Origin: Nitrosopumilus sp.
GTDB lineage: Archaea; Thermoproteota; Nitrososphaeria; Nitrososphaerales; Nitrosopumilaceae
Direction of reading: 5' to 3'
Length of the DNA: 64,000 nt
Assembly (NCBI GenBank): GCA_965206745.1
Contig: OZ242220.1
Span: forward strand, 544,001-608,000
In this document: one piece after another, positions 1 through 9,492 of the stretch
Layout: every line of letters begins with the position of its first letter
Numbering within the stretch: position 1 is the first letter of the stretch
Notes under the pieces: model-generated
Databases searched by the model: none
Told to the model about the DNA's origin: nothing
The model's input: the letters and a program-made list of their open reading frames with translations, nothing else
Position numbers and translations under genes: made by a program

Positions 1-165
1 TCACGGATTGTAGATAGTACGACTGTAATTTTGAATGGATTATTTCGTGATGAGAATTTAAGCATTAAAAATAAACAAATTTGTTTAGATATTCTTGATA
101 AATTTGCTATGGTTGGTTGGCCTTTGATCCCTGATTTACTTAGTAGCATGGAAAGATCTGATTAA
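1..165 (+). CDS. C-terminal fragment of a protein starting upstream of the window
   Basis: Frame 1 is open from base 1 to TAA at 163-165 (SRIVDSTTVILNGLF...CLDILDKFAMVGWPLIPDLLSSMERSD); AT-rich like the neighbouring island. Confidence 0.6.
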   Translation, partial: SRIVDSTTVILNGLFRDENLSIKNKQICLDILDKFAMVGWPLIPDLLSSMERSD

Positions 166-205
166 TTCGATTAATGATTTTTGATTATATCCGTATCATC
201 CACAT

Positions 206-2248
206 CTAATTATAATAATTTGAATCAGATTCAAGATAGCTCTTTAACTCACGTCTAGTACCTGCGAAAATTCGATCATTTTCTATGTTACTTTTAAAAT
301 CTTGATGTACTCTAATTCCTTCTTTTTCTAATTGATCTTTTTTATCTTTAGTAATTGTTGTATAAAGTATCAAGTTTGCATTTATTTTTTTAGTATACCT
401 TTCTTTGATTTTAGATTGTTTTCTCTTTATCTGTTTGATTGTTTCTTGAATCTTATGTAACTGCATTTTACACTCAAAATGTTCAATTTTATCATTTGAT
501 TCACAAAAACAATCAATTTGTTCACCATTAACTATGTGATCACATAGCACTGTTTCAAATTCCTCTTTATCGAGTATCCATTTGTATACGAGATATTCTA
601 AGAGTTTTCCTCTCATTTTCATCAAAGATTTATTCATTTTCTCATATATTTTGCGACTTTGTTCATGATCCATGGGAATTCCTTTATCTGCAAGAAATTT
701 TGCAAATATTTCATTTTCAAAAATATGTTCTTCTGTTTCTATTGCATTTTTTTCTTTGTGATATTTTATCTCCTTCATGCACATTTGGTGATGATGCCCA
801 CCATTTCCAGAATAGTCTGTAGCACAATCGTAGAATATTAACCAACCCGATCCATCTGACATAGCTCCATATGCTTCAACTTTAATCCCAAAACTGTAAT
901 TATGACCATTTTTTATTCTACCTGCGGGATGTTTAAAAATTTTCACTGTGATTTTACTATCTTTATCTTCTTCTCTTGTTCTATCAACTAGCCCTCTTAA
1001 CATGGAGACAAATGAAAATGCTCCATTGAAACTAAATATTCGTCCAGCATTTAGTACACTAATTGGATACCATGTTAATTCACTATCAATTCTTTCTTTC
1101 ATTGATTCTTCATCTGTTTTTGTCATGTAAGGTGCGTCTTCTACTTCATCTGTTATGAGATTTTGGAATAATTTTTTATCAAATCCTTCTAATTTTAAAA
1201 ATCCTTCGTCTAGTACTCCTATTCTACCAATTTTTGCTTCCAATGGATGAATTATTTCAGAACGCACTTTGAAAAAAAATTGATCTATAGTTCTCCATTT
1301 ATCGTGAATTTTATTCAATTCCTCTCTTAGAATTATTTCTTTTTTTGATTTTTGATGTTCTTCAATATCTGATTCTTCAATATCTGATTCTTCAATATCT
1401 GATTCTTCAATATCTGATTCTTCAATATCTGATTCTTCAATATCTGATTCTTCAATATCTGATTCTTCAATATCTGATTCTTCAATATCTGATTCTTCAA
1501 TATCTGATTCTTCAATATCTGATTCTTCATAATTATTAATGTTGATTGTTTTATTTTCAAAACAGACTTTATCTGATCTGTGTAAATCTTTAACACATGA
1601 ATCTTGAAACTTTGTTGGACCAAGTAAACAAAACCATAGATATTCTAATGCGTATCTATATCCGTTAAACACCGTATTTAGATATTCGGGGCTTTTATCT
1701 GGTTCAAAAATTGATGCAAGTTTAGCCGCACGTGGTATGCCAAAGTTTGTATCAATTAAAAACAGATATGCATTGAATTGAGTCACAGATGAAATTGACT
1801 CTTCTTTTGAAATTGTTTTATTTGGTTTTAGATTCTGTTCACGTAAAATTTCATATATCTGTATGAGTTCAGATGGTTTTTGATTTTTGATTTCTTCAAA
1901 AGTTTTTGCTTCTCTAATCTTTCTGCTTTGCTTCCAAATATTTTTCAACACAATAGTTTTTTCACAACTATTTGGAATATTGTTTATTGCCATGCCTAGA
2001 AAATCTGCACGTACTAATTTTTCATCATCTTTTAATGAAAATGGATCATCTGGTATTAGTTGAGCAATGAAATATCTAAGAGATACTGTAAGTATGTATT
2101 TATATCCTTCCAGAAATTCTTGCTGTTCGTTAATTTTATGGTGAGTAGAAAGCCATCTTTGAAAATTTTCTGTTTTTGATAAAATTCTTAATATTTCCAA
2201 AAAAGCAAACACATGATCATTATCTGATTTAGTATATTTATTCTCCAT
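206..2248 (-). CDS. Multidomain hypothetical protein with (EESDI)11 linker and putative C-terminal PD-(D/E)XK nuclease domain
   Basis: 680-aa ORF, low GC; C-terminal GKLLEYLV...GEQIDCF...EHFECK resembles the E..D..ExK restriction-endonuclease-like motif. Confidence 0.7.
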   Translation of the reverse strand: MENKYTKSDNDHVFAFLEILRILSKTENFQRWLSTHHKINEQQEFLEGYKYILTVSLRYFIAQLIPDDPFSLKDDEKLVRADFLGMAINNIPNSCEKTIVLKNIWKQSRKIREAKTFEEIKNQKPSELIQIYEILREQNLKPNKTISKEESISSVTQFNAYLFLIDTNFGIPRAAKLASIFEPDKSPEYLNTVFNGYRYALEYLWFCLLGPTKFQDSCVKDLHRSDKVCFENKTININNYEESDIEESDIEESDIEESDIEESDIEESDIEESDIEESDIEESDIEESDIEESDIEEHQKSKKEIILREELNKIHDKWRTIDQFFFKVRSEIIHPLEAKIGRIGVLDEGFLKLEGFDKKLFQNLITDEVEDAPYMTKTDEESMKERIDSELTWYPISVLNAGRIFSFNGAFSFVSMLRGLVDRTREEDKDSKITVKIFKHPAGRIKNGHNYSFGIKVEAYGAMSDGSGWLIFYDCATDYSGNGGHHHQMCMKEIKYHKEKNAIETEEHIFENEIFAKFLADKGIPMDHEQSRKIYEKMNKSLMKMRGKLLEYLVYKWILDKEEFETVLCDHIVNGEQIDCFCESNDKIEHFECKMQLHKIQETIKQIKRKQSKIKERYTKKINANLILYTTITKDKKDQLEKEGIRVHQDFKSNIENDRIFAGTRRELKSYLESDSNYYN
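1358..1529. repeat. Perfect 15-bp tandem repeat (TTCTTCAATATCTGA) x11 plus 7 bp
   Basis: Read directly from the sequence; encodes EESDI x11 on the minus strand. Confidence 0.98.
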
Positions 2249-2812
2249 TTTAATTCTCCATCAAACTTTTATTTCACTAGCTATACACAGCAATATATTA
2301 TTATCGGTAATTTCAAGATGGATTGTATGAAATTCTTATAATTTTCTATCTAGTCCGTCCTTCACATGATTGAGTTTTTTAGAAAATCTAAATTTATGCT
2401 TGAATTTTTTACTGTGAGTGTATATCTTTTTTGCATTAAGAAATTCTTTTATGATTACAGTATAATGCATGCTTGTGAGATTCCTATTCAAATTCTCTAT
2501 GTTATCCAAATATTCTCTTATAGTGACAAACAAAAGTTCATGGGATCAGATCTAATTGTTTACCTTAAGCAAAGGTAGTAATGACAAGGACAAACTTTTG
2601 ATTATGACTATGGGTATAATTAACATAATAATTTCATACAAATTTTTGTAGCTAAAAAAGCAAACCTGTCAATATCTCTGTAAAGATAAATTTGTATTCA
2701 TACCTCATCAAATCCTGATTATACAACATGATATCTTATCACAATCTTGATGATGTGTCAAAAAATCATGGAAAATCTACAGCTTAAATAAACGAGATGG
2801 AGACTCACCAAC

Positions 2813-3814
2813 ATGACATCCACTGTGGTCGTTGGCGGATTCTTTGGGGATGAGGGAAAGGGAAAGATCATCTCATACCTGGCAGTCAAGGACAACCCGG
2901 AGATAATCGTACGCGGCGGTGCAGGTCCGAATGCCGGCCACACGATAAGGGATGGGGACAGGGTATACAAGGTAAGGATGCTACCAAGCGGATTCCTAAA
3001 CAAGAATGCAAGGGTGATGATTGGACCAGGAGTCGTAGTGAATCCTGATGTACTGAATAAAGAGATTAAAGATTTTGAGGTTACTGGCCGCTCATTTATT
3101 GACAAGCACTGCGGAATTATTGAAGAGTCCCATCTGAGCAGGGATTCAAAGGGGGATCTAAAAGAAAAGATTGGCAGCACCGGCTCTGGCACGGGTCCTG
3201 CAAATGCAGACCGCGCAATGAGGGTGTTAAAGCTGGCAAAGGACTTTGATTCACTATCTGACTTGATCGTCGATGTACCATTGGAGGTCAACTCTACACT
3301 TGATGCAGGCAAGAATGTCCTGATAGAGGGCACACAAGGAACCTTTCTCTCCCTATGGCACGGGACGTATCCGTTTGTAACCTCAAAGGATGTTACGGCA
3401 TCCGGAATATGTGCCGATGTCGGCCTCGGACCTACAAAGGTTGACGAGGTGATAGTAGTCTTCAAGTCATATGTGACGCGTGTAGGCACAGGACCACTTG
3501 AGAAGGAGCTCTCACTTGAGGATGCAAAAAAGAGGGGATGGTCCGAGTTTGGTACAGTTACTGGCAGGCAGAGAAGGGCTGCAGACTTTGACTTTGATCT
3601 GGCCAGGCGTGCAATCATGCTCAATGGCGCAACTCAGATCTCAATAACAAAACTCGATGTGCTGTTTGCTGACTGCGCAGGCAAGACATCCTATGAAGAA
3701 CTCTCTGATGAGGCAAAGGCATTTGTCGCAAACATCGAGAGGGAATTAAACACGCCTGTCACCATTATTGGAACGGGCCCTGCAGTCAATGATGTCATTG
3801 ATAGAAGACGCTAG
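2813..3814 (+). CDS. purA: Adenylosuccinate synthetase (short archaeal type)
   Basis: GDEGKGK, GPNAGHT, EGTQG, EFGTVTGRQRR and TKLD motifs. Confidence 0.97.
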   Translation: MTSTVVVGGFFGDEGKGKIISYLAVKDNPEIIVRGGAGPNAGHTIRDGDRVYKVRMLPSGFLNKNARVMIGPGVVVNPDVLNKEIKDFEVTGRSFIDKHCGIIEESHLSRDSKGDLKEKIGSTGSGTGPANADRAMRVLKLAKDFDSLSDLIVDVPLEVNSTLDAGKNVLIEGTQGTFLSLWHGTYPFVTSKDVTASGICADVGLGPTKVDEVIVVFKSYVTRVGTGPLEKELSLEDAKKRGWSEFGTVTGRQRRAADFDFDLARRAIMLNGATQISITKLDVLFADCAGKTSYEELSDEAKAFVANIERELNTPVTIIGTGPAVNDVIDRRR

Positions 3815-3863
3815 GCTCGTCTGTCTTGGATAAGTTTAATTTGATATCCTGTATCTAATCCCT

Positions 3864-4544
3864 GTGGACAAGCTACAAATCACTGACAAACTACCGCGCT
3901 ACGTTCAGGTCAGTTCCACCTTGGAGTTTACCAGGCTTGTCTGCGCACTAGAGCGCGCCCCGCGCGTATCATTTCTGCATGATTACAACGGAAAAAAGAT
4001 TCTATCTGTACAGATGGACATACTAAAAGAGAAACCAATTGTATATTACACACCACTTGAGAATCACGGCCACTATCTCTGCTATGGACTAAAGGGAGGA
4101 AAGGAGGAATCAGAGATTGTAAACACCACCTCTGATGCCAGTAAATTGTACTCGCCCATAGTCAGAATAAAGTCACTTCCAAAGACACTTCAACCAGGCA
4201 ACGGCACCGTTGATAGGTACCAGCCAATCGAGTTGGAGGACATGTCAAGTCTTACAAAGCTCACCTGGGGTCTTGAGGAGATTCCGTTTCCACTGTTTCT
4301 GTTCCCGCGCGGTGACAAGTGGTTGATTGGCGTCTTTATGACCTTTAACGACGAGGGAACGTCCTACTTTTGCCATGTGGTGTTAAATTCGGATCCGCAA
4401 AAGCCATTTTTAAAATTCTCAACTGCAAACGGAACCCAGCCGACATTTGTCGGGAATCCGTCTGAACACGGCTATTCTTATATCAAAATAATAAAATTAA
4501 AAGAGACCCATCCGCTAGTAGATTATGGCCACCTTCAAAACTAG
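3864..4544 (+). CDS. Conserved hypothetical protein
   Basis: 226-aa ORF with GTG start, between purA and pyrF and overlapping the pyrF start. Confidence 0.8.
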   Translation: MDKLQITDKLPRYVQVSSTLEFTRLVCALERAPRVSFLHDYNGKKILSVQMDILKEKPIVYYTPLENHGHYLCYGLKGGKEESEIVNTTSDASKLYSPIVRIKSLPKTLQPGNGTVDRYQPIELEDMSSLTKLTWGLEEIPFPLFLFPRGDKWLIGVFMTFNDEGTSYFCHVVLNSDPQKPFLKFSTANGTQPTFVGNPSEHGYSYIKIIKLKETHPLVDYGHLQN

Positions 4545-5265
4545 ACTCTCCAAGATATCAAAGGCAAATGGCAGGGTCATCCTTGCCAACGATTACGACT
4601 CGTCTGTAAAAAACCTCGAATCAAAGACGATCCAAAATATCGTACTATTACATCCGTACCTCTGTGGCATCAAGCTGAACTTTCACCTGCTACTGCCACT
4701 TGGTAGAGAAGAGATCCGAAAAATCAACAAAACCGCACACAGGTACGGCCTGCAGACGATTGCAGACATCAAGCTAAACGACATTGGAAATACAAACAGG
4801 GTGACTGCTGAACACCTGTGGGATCTGGGATTTGATGCAGTCATTGCAAATCCGATCATGGGACTTGAAAGTCTGAAAAATCTGACAAAATCTGCACACA
4901 AAAATAGCAAGGGCGTGATCACCCTGTGCCACATGAGCGCACCAGAAGCCAAACTATCCTATGACATGCAGGTTGTGATGGGCAAAAGGCAGCATCTGTA
5001 CCAGCTGTTCCTTGACTGGGCCCTGACTGCCAAGGTCGATGGGATCGTCGTGGGCGCGACATTTCCGGAAATCATACGGTACTGCTCTAAAAAGGCAGGC
5101 AAAAGCTTGGGCATCTTCTCGCCGGGAGTCGGCACGCAGGGCGGTAGTGCAAGTGAGGTGATATCATCTGGGACAAATTATCTGATAGTTGGCAGAACGA
5201 TACTGCACTCCAAAGACCCGGCAGATACTGCCAGAGAACTGCAGTTACAGAGTCTTGCCAAGTAG
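4525..5265 (+). CDS. pyrF: Orotidine 5'-phosphate decarboxylase
   Basis: ADIKLNDIGNT signature, SPGVGTQGG, IVGRTI. Confidence 0.95.
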   Translation: MATFKTRLSKISKANGRVILANDYDSSVKNLESKTIQNIVLLHPYLCGIKLNFHLLLPLGREEIRKINKTAHRYGLQTIADIKLNDIGNTNRVTAEHLWDLGFDAVIANPIMGLESLKNLTKSAHKNSKGVITLCHMSAPEAKLSYDMQVVMGKRQHLYQLFLDWALTAKVDGIVVGATFPEIIRYCSKKAGKSLGIFSPGVGTQGGSASEVISSGTNYLIVGRTILHSKDPADTARELQLQSLAK

Positions 5266-5664
5266 TGCATGTGCCTTTCTCAGAATCCTCTTTGCGTTAT
5301 CAAACGTGGTCCTCTCCATCGCAGTGTCATAGTCTGCCCATGCATAGTCTAGGTGTTCATCTGAGATCTTTACATTTTTGGTATTTGTCTGGGCCAGAAA
5401 GAATACCACCTTCTTGTGAATCAACTCCCCCTGGTGTTGAAAATCATACTTTATCCACTCTTCAAACCCTTCTTCAAACGTGACATCCGTAATTCCTGTC
5501 TCCTCTCCTGTCTCCCTTACTGCCGTCTGATGGAATGTCTCGCCCTTTTCCATCTTGCCCTTTACAAAGTCCCAGTGTCCTGAAGGATAGTGCAAAAGCA
5601 GAAACAGATTTTTTGCACCCTCTCTTCTAAACAGTATGATTCCTGCAGATGTCTCCCTGATCAT
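5245..5664 (-). CDS. NUDIX hydrolase (Ap4A hydrolase-like)
   Basis: Nudix box KGKMEKGETFHQTAVRETGEETG; HWDF and SDEH motifs. Confidence 0.92.
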   Translation of the reverse strand: MIRETSAGIILFRREGAKNLFLLLHYPSGHWDFVKGKMEKGETFHQTAVRETGEETGITDVTFEEGFEEWIKYDFQHQGELIHKKVVFFLAQTNTKNVKISDEHLDYAWADYDTAMERTTFDNAKRILRKAHALLGKTL

Positions 5665-6452
5665 TTTCCCAGTCTCCTCTTTCTTTCCTGGTATGTCCTG
5701 ATTGCCCTCATTAAATCTATTTTTCTAAACTCGGGCCAAAAGATATCCATAAAGACCAGCTCGCTGTAGGCACTCTGCCACATCAGAAACCCACTCAACC
5801 TCTTCTCCCCTGAAGTCCTCAGTACCATGTCCGGTGATGACTGCGGCAGGTGTGAGGTGTACAGGTTTGACTCTATCTCCTTCTTGCTTATATCTTTGAC
5901 ATCAAGTGATCCGTCCTTTATCTTCTGGCCAATCTTCTTTACTGCATCAACTAGCTCGTTCTGTCCGCCATATGCCAGTGCAATGTTTAGAAAGTGATTG
6001 TCGTAGTCCTTTGTTGCATCATCTAACTTTTTCAAGATTTGCTTGATTGACTCTGGGAGCAGCTCTATCCTTCCAATCCCCTTTACCCTCATCTTGCTTC
6101 TGTGTATTCTGGGGTCTGTAAACAATTTCTCCAGCCTCATCTGGATCAGCTCGTATAGCTGTCCGAGCTCCTCATTGTCTCGATTGAGATTCTCTGCTGA
6201 AAGCGCATACAGGGTGACAATCTTGATGTCAAACTCCTCGCACCAGTCAAGAAGATTCTCTACTGCATCTGCCCCCTTCCAGTGCCCGCTCTTTGGCACT
6301 GAGAGCTGCCTCTTTGCCCACCTCCTGTTGCCGTCTAGAATCAGGGCAACATGGTTTGGAATATCGCCGTTTTTAATCTCATTTTCGAGCCTCTTGCCGT
6401 ATATCTTGTAGAGGCCTGAGAGCTGAAAGGCCAGATCCTTAAACTTGCCCAA
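5661..6452 (-). CDS. uppS: Polyprenyl diphosphate synthase (cis-prenyltransferase)
   Basis: HVALILDGNRRWA, LRTSGEKRLSGF and WPEF motifs. Confidence 0.95.
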   Translation of the reverse strand: MGKFKDLAFQLSGLYKIYGKRLENEIKNGDIPNHVALILDGNRRWAKRQLSVPKSGHWKGADAVENLLDWCEEFDIKIVTLYALSAENLNRDNEELGQLYELIQMRLEKLFTDPRIHRSKMRVKGIGRIELLPESIKQILKKLDDATKDYDNHFLNIALAYGGQNELVDAVKKIGQKIKDGSLDVKDISKKEIESNLYTSHLPQSSPDMVLRTSGEKRLSGFLMWQSAYSELVFMDIFWPEFRKIDLMRAIRTYQERKRRLGK

Positions 6453-6517
6453 CTGCCTGCCTCTGAATCATACCTGTAAGAGATATCTGTTTTTTATAAA
6501 TCCGATTCATCTTCAGA

Positions 6518-7663
6518 CTAGTCAGAAATCATCTCTTGATCCTTGCCCTTTCTGTATTTTTTAAAGAGGATGGTAGCTGATACCAGGGTCACTGCCAGTC
6601 CTCCCAACAGCGGAGGAATAAGGGTAAGGGAGGTCTCGTCATGAATCATTATGTTGGTAAACTGCTGTACTGTCGGGTATAGTGCAGCAAGGACGATTAT
6701 CCTCAGGATATCGCTGATCTGCCTTGGGATTCCGCCCATCCAGTTGCTCAGCAGTGTTCCTGCAAATATTGCGCCAAGGCCAATCCACAGAATCGGCAGC
6801 ACGCCGGATATGAACTGTCCAACAATCATCTTGTCTGTAATTATTGCGACAAGCTCTGGGTTTGATCCTACCAGTTCGGGATTCACCGCACTAATGCCGG
6901 CAGGAATTGATGAGAGGACAATTAGTACACCTGCAACCATCGTAAACATTCTGATAAAGCCCATCGGCGTCGGCTTTGACCAGCTTGACCATGCCCTATC
7001 TATGTCAAATGCCCTGATCAAAAATGCGCCACCCAGGATACTTACAAGCACTGCAAATATCTCTGCAGTATATCCAAACACGGTTGCCACCCCGCCAATC
7101 AGCAAAAGAATTCCTGGAACGCCTAAAAAGAACTTTGAATACTTTGAATCATATGCCAGCATCTTGAGATATTTCCCAAAGACTGCGTAAGAGTACTCTA
7201 CACTGCGACTCACCTTCATTACCACGCGCTGTACTGATACGACGGGAAGCACGTTTTGAATTACCGGAATGACACTCTCGTCATCCTCACCATCAGATAC
7301 AATGACTGCACCGTTTGCAGAAAATCCCTCCAGAACCTTTCTTGTCTCTGCTAGAATCTTCTCGTCTGCCTGAACACCCCTGTCCTTGACACCTGCAACT
7401 GTTACGACCTCAACCTGATATCCCTTGCTGATAAGGTCCTCATACGTCTTGATTGCAGCAAAGATGGAATTTGAATCTGCATCCTCGGGATCCTCTAGAG
7501 CCAGCCTCTGGGCCGCCTCGATGCATGCGTCCCTGCCGACAACTGGCGTGACTATGCCTGCCTTGTCCCCGACGTCGTTGTCCCTGTCAATACATATTAC
7601 AAGCAGCTTGCTGGCAGCTGATGCGTTGACATCCTTTTCTACCTTGCCGGTTCTCTGAGACAT
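6518..7663 (-). CDS. DUF373 family membrane protein
   Basis: LVICIDRDND, DPEDADSN, VSDGEDDE, then multiple transmembrane helices. Confidence 0.88.
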   Translation of the reverse strand: MSQRTGKVEKDVNASAASKLLVICIDRDNDVGDKAGIVTPVVGRDACIEAAQRLALEDPEDADSNSIFAAIKTYEDLISKGYQVEVVTVAGVKDRGVQADEKILAETRKVLEGFSANGAVIVSDGEDDESVIPVIQNVLPVVSVQRVVMKVSRSVEYSYAVFGKYLKMLAYDSKYSKFFLGVPGILLLIGGVATVFGYTAEIFAVLVSILGGAFLIRAFDIDRAWSSWSKPTPMGFIRMFTMVAGVLIVLSSIPAGISAVNPELVGSNPELVAIITDKMIVGQFISGVLPILWIGLGAIFAGTLLSNWMGGIPRQISDILRIIVLAALYPTVQQFTNIMIHDETSLTLIPPLLGGLAVTLVSATILFKKYRKGKDQEMISD

Positions 7664-7735
7664 TGTAGTTTCTTTTGCATGAATTGCTTTTTAATGATTT
7701 CCAACTAGTATGAATAGTAAAACTCGGTTTTGAGG

Positions 7736-8233
7736 CTAGCCCGGTCTTGACTCGTCTGAATTCCTGGCATGCTCTGCGGACTCTGACTTTAGCATCTCTA
7801 TCTTTTGTATAGTCTCATCCATCTTTTCTGTATCCCCGCCCTCAATCATGTTGGCTAAAACCTTGGTCTCTATGATGTACGAGTTGAACGTTCTCATGGC
7901 ATCCATGTAGCTGATATAGCTTGGCTGCCATTGCTCAGACGGCTTTGATGTCACAAACTCGCCTATCTGCGCAGTCATCTGGCCTGTTGTGATTTCAGTT
8001 ATTTCAATATAGTCTTGCGGTGAGATGGTACCTGCCCTCAGACTGTCATATTCGATCTCAATTGACTCCTCTAGGACCTCGTGGATATTTTTTACGCCAT
8101 CCAGATAATTCTCATAGTCAGATACGACAAAGGTCGTCTGGACATTCTGGGGAACTATCCACAGCACAAAGCTTGCACCTGTGATTGCAGCCAAGATTAT
8201 TGCAGTCACTGCTATGCCTCTCTTTGATGCCAT
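7736..8233 (-). CDS. Hypothetical membrane-anchored protein
   Basis: N-terminal hydrophobic anchor, helical acidic domain. Confidence 0.8.
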   Translation of the reverse strand: MASKRGIAVTAIILAAITGASFVLWIVPQNVQTTFVVSDYENYLDGVKNIHEVLEESIEIEYDSLRAGTISPQDYIEITEITTGQMTAQIGEFVTSKPSEQWQPSYISYMDAMRTFNSYIIETKVLANMIEGGDTEKMDETIQKIEMLKSESAEHARNSDESRPG

Positions 8234-8484
8234 TTTGTAATTTTACTGACAGGGTGTTTATAACTGATAATAATCGGTCAAATTCTGATTTTTTCAAGAA
8301 ATATCGTAAAAAACATGATTTCTTATAATACTGTGCATGTTTTTTTAAAAAATATTGGATTTTTTTTGTAAATATTCATTTAATGGATATTCTGGTGCCT
8401 GAAAAAATTTACGCACATCTAGCCTATAGTGAAATATTTTTTACAGCCTCTGCCTAAATACCACAAAGTTTGACAAATTTTGTA

Positions 8485-8631
8485 ATGGTTCAAGCATATT
8501 GCGTAAAATGTAGAGAAAAACGGGATATTAAAGATCCTCAAGAAACTACGCTAAAGAACGGACGCCCTGCAGTAAAAGGCACGTGTCCAACATGTGGTAC
8601 TAACGTCTTCCGTATCGGAAAGATAGACTAG
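8485..8631 (+). CDS. Small Zn-ribbon protein (DUF5679-like), 48 aa, missing from ORF track
   Basis: MVQAYCVKCREKRDIKDPQETTLKNGRPAVKGTCPTCGTNVFRIGKID, two CxxC pairs. Confidence 0.88.
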   Translation: MVQAYCVKCREKRDIKDPQETTLKNGRPAVKGTCPTCGTNVFRIGKID

Positions 8632-8701
8632 TCTTGCACAAGGCCCACACGATTTCTCTTTTTCAAAAACCAATATAGGGTCTGTCATGCACCGTTTTTT
8701 G

Positions 8702-9124
8702 ATGACTAAATCCGATTATCAGTTCCTTCTCAAACGCATACAGGACAAGCTTGGCGATACTGGCACAAAGTCCCAGACCCGGTTTGAACTGCCAATAGTG
8801 GATGTCATGTGGGAGGGCCAAAAGACATTTTTAAGAAATTTCTCAGAGTTTCCCAAGATTTTACGCAGGGATCCCGACAAGGTCTTGCAGTACCTCTCAA
8901 AAGAGTTTGCAGTTCCGGCAGAACGGCTAGGTGACAAGGCAATGTTTGTCGGCAGGCGAGCCCCTGATGACTTTACACGCCTGTTTCAGATTTACGTAAA
9001 GGACTATCTGGAGTGTACGACATGCAAAAGTCCGGACACAAAGATCTTCAAGGAGAACCGGATCTCATTTCTGGTCTGTGAGGCCTGCGGTGCAAAGTCC
9101 ACTTTGAAGGGTAAATATGCGTGA
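8702..9124 (+). CDS. eif2b: Translation initiation factor aIF-2 beta
   Basis: RFELP...NFSEF...LRRDP and C-terminal CxxC...CEACGA Zn finger; start taken at the second Met. Confidence 0.93.
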   Translation: MTKSDYQFLLKRIQDKLGDTGTKSQTRFELPIVDVMWEGQKTFLRNFSEFPKILRRDPDKVLQYLSKEFAVPAERLGDKAMFVGRRAPDDFTRLFQIYVKDYLECTTCKSPDTKIFKENRISFLVCEACGAKSTLKGKYA

Positions 9125-9420
9125 TGCCCTTTTCAGTGCGAACTTCCAGCTATCAAAACGAGTCAATGCTGAACATATGTGATGCTGATCTGTTGGGCAA
9201 GAAGATCACGCAAGGAGAGTTAACCATGCACATCAGCGAGGGCTATTACGGCCAGAGGTTTGTAGAAGAAGACGAGGCCGAGATGCTCCTAAAGAACTCG
9301 TCTATAATCAACATTGCAGGGGAGAAGGCCGTCTCCCTGTCACTAAAGCTGGGACTAGGTTCCAAGGATGCCATAAAGACTGTCTCTGGCGTTCCGTTTC
9401 TGATAATCTTTAACGCATAG
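9121..9420 (+). CDS. DUF424 family protein
   Basis: ICDADLLGK, YYG, IINIAG, V.GVP motifs; usual neighbour of aIF-2 beta. Confidence 0.88.
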   Translation: MMPFSVRTSSYQNESMLNICDADLLGKKITQGELTMHISEGYYGQRFVEEDEAEMLLKNSSIINIAGEKAVSLSLKLGLGSKDAIKTVSGVPFLIIFNA

Positions 9421-9492
9421 TCTGACTATCATGAATGCTCTTTTGAATTCCGACTCCAAGCCCTTTTATCTGACAGAGGAGCATCTCCTCTA

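Noticed and set aside
1358-1529. Possible CRISPR array
   Set aside because: Contiguous 15-bp units without spacers; no cas genes
1333-1623. ORFs with (LKNQI)n and (LQYLI)n repeats
   Set aside because: Alternative frames of the 15-bp VNTR inside the 680-aa gene
2758-3624. 288-aa antisense ORF
   Set aside because: Shadow of purA with no recognisable motifs
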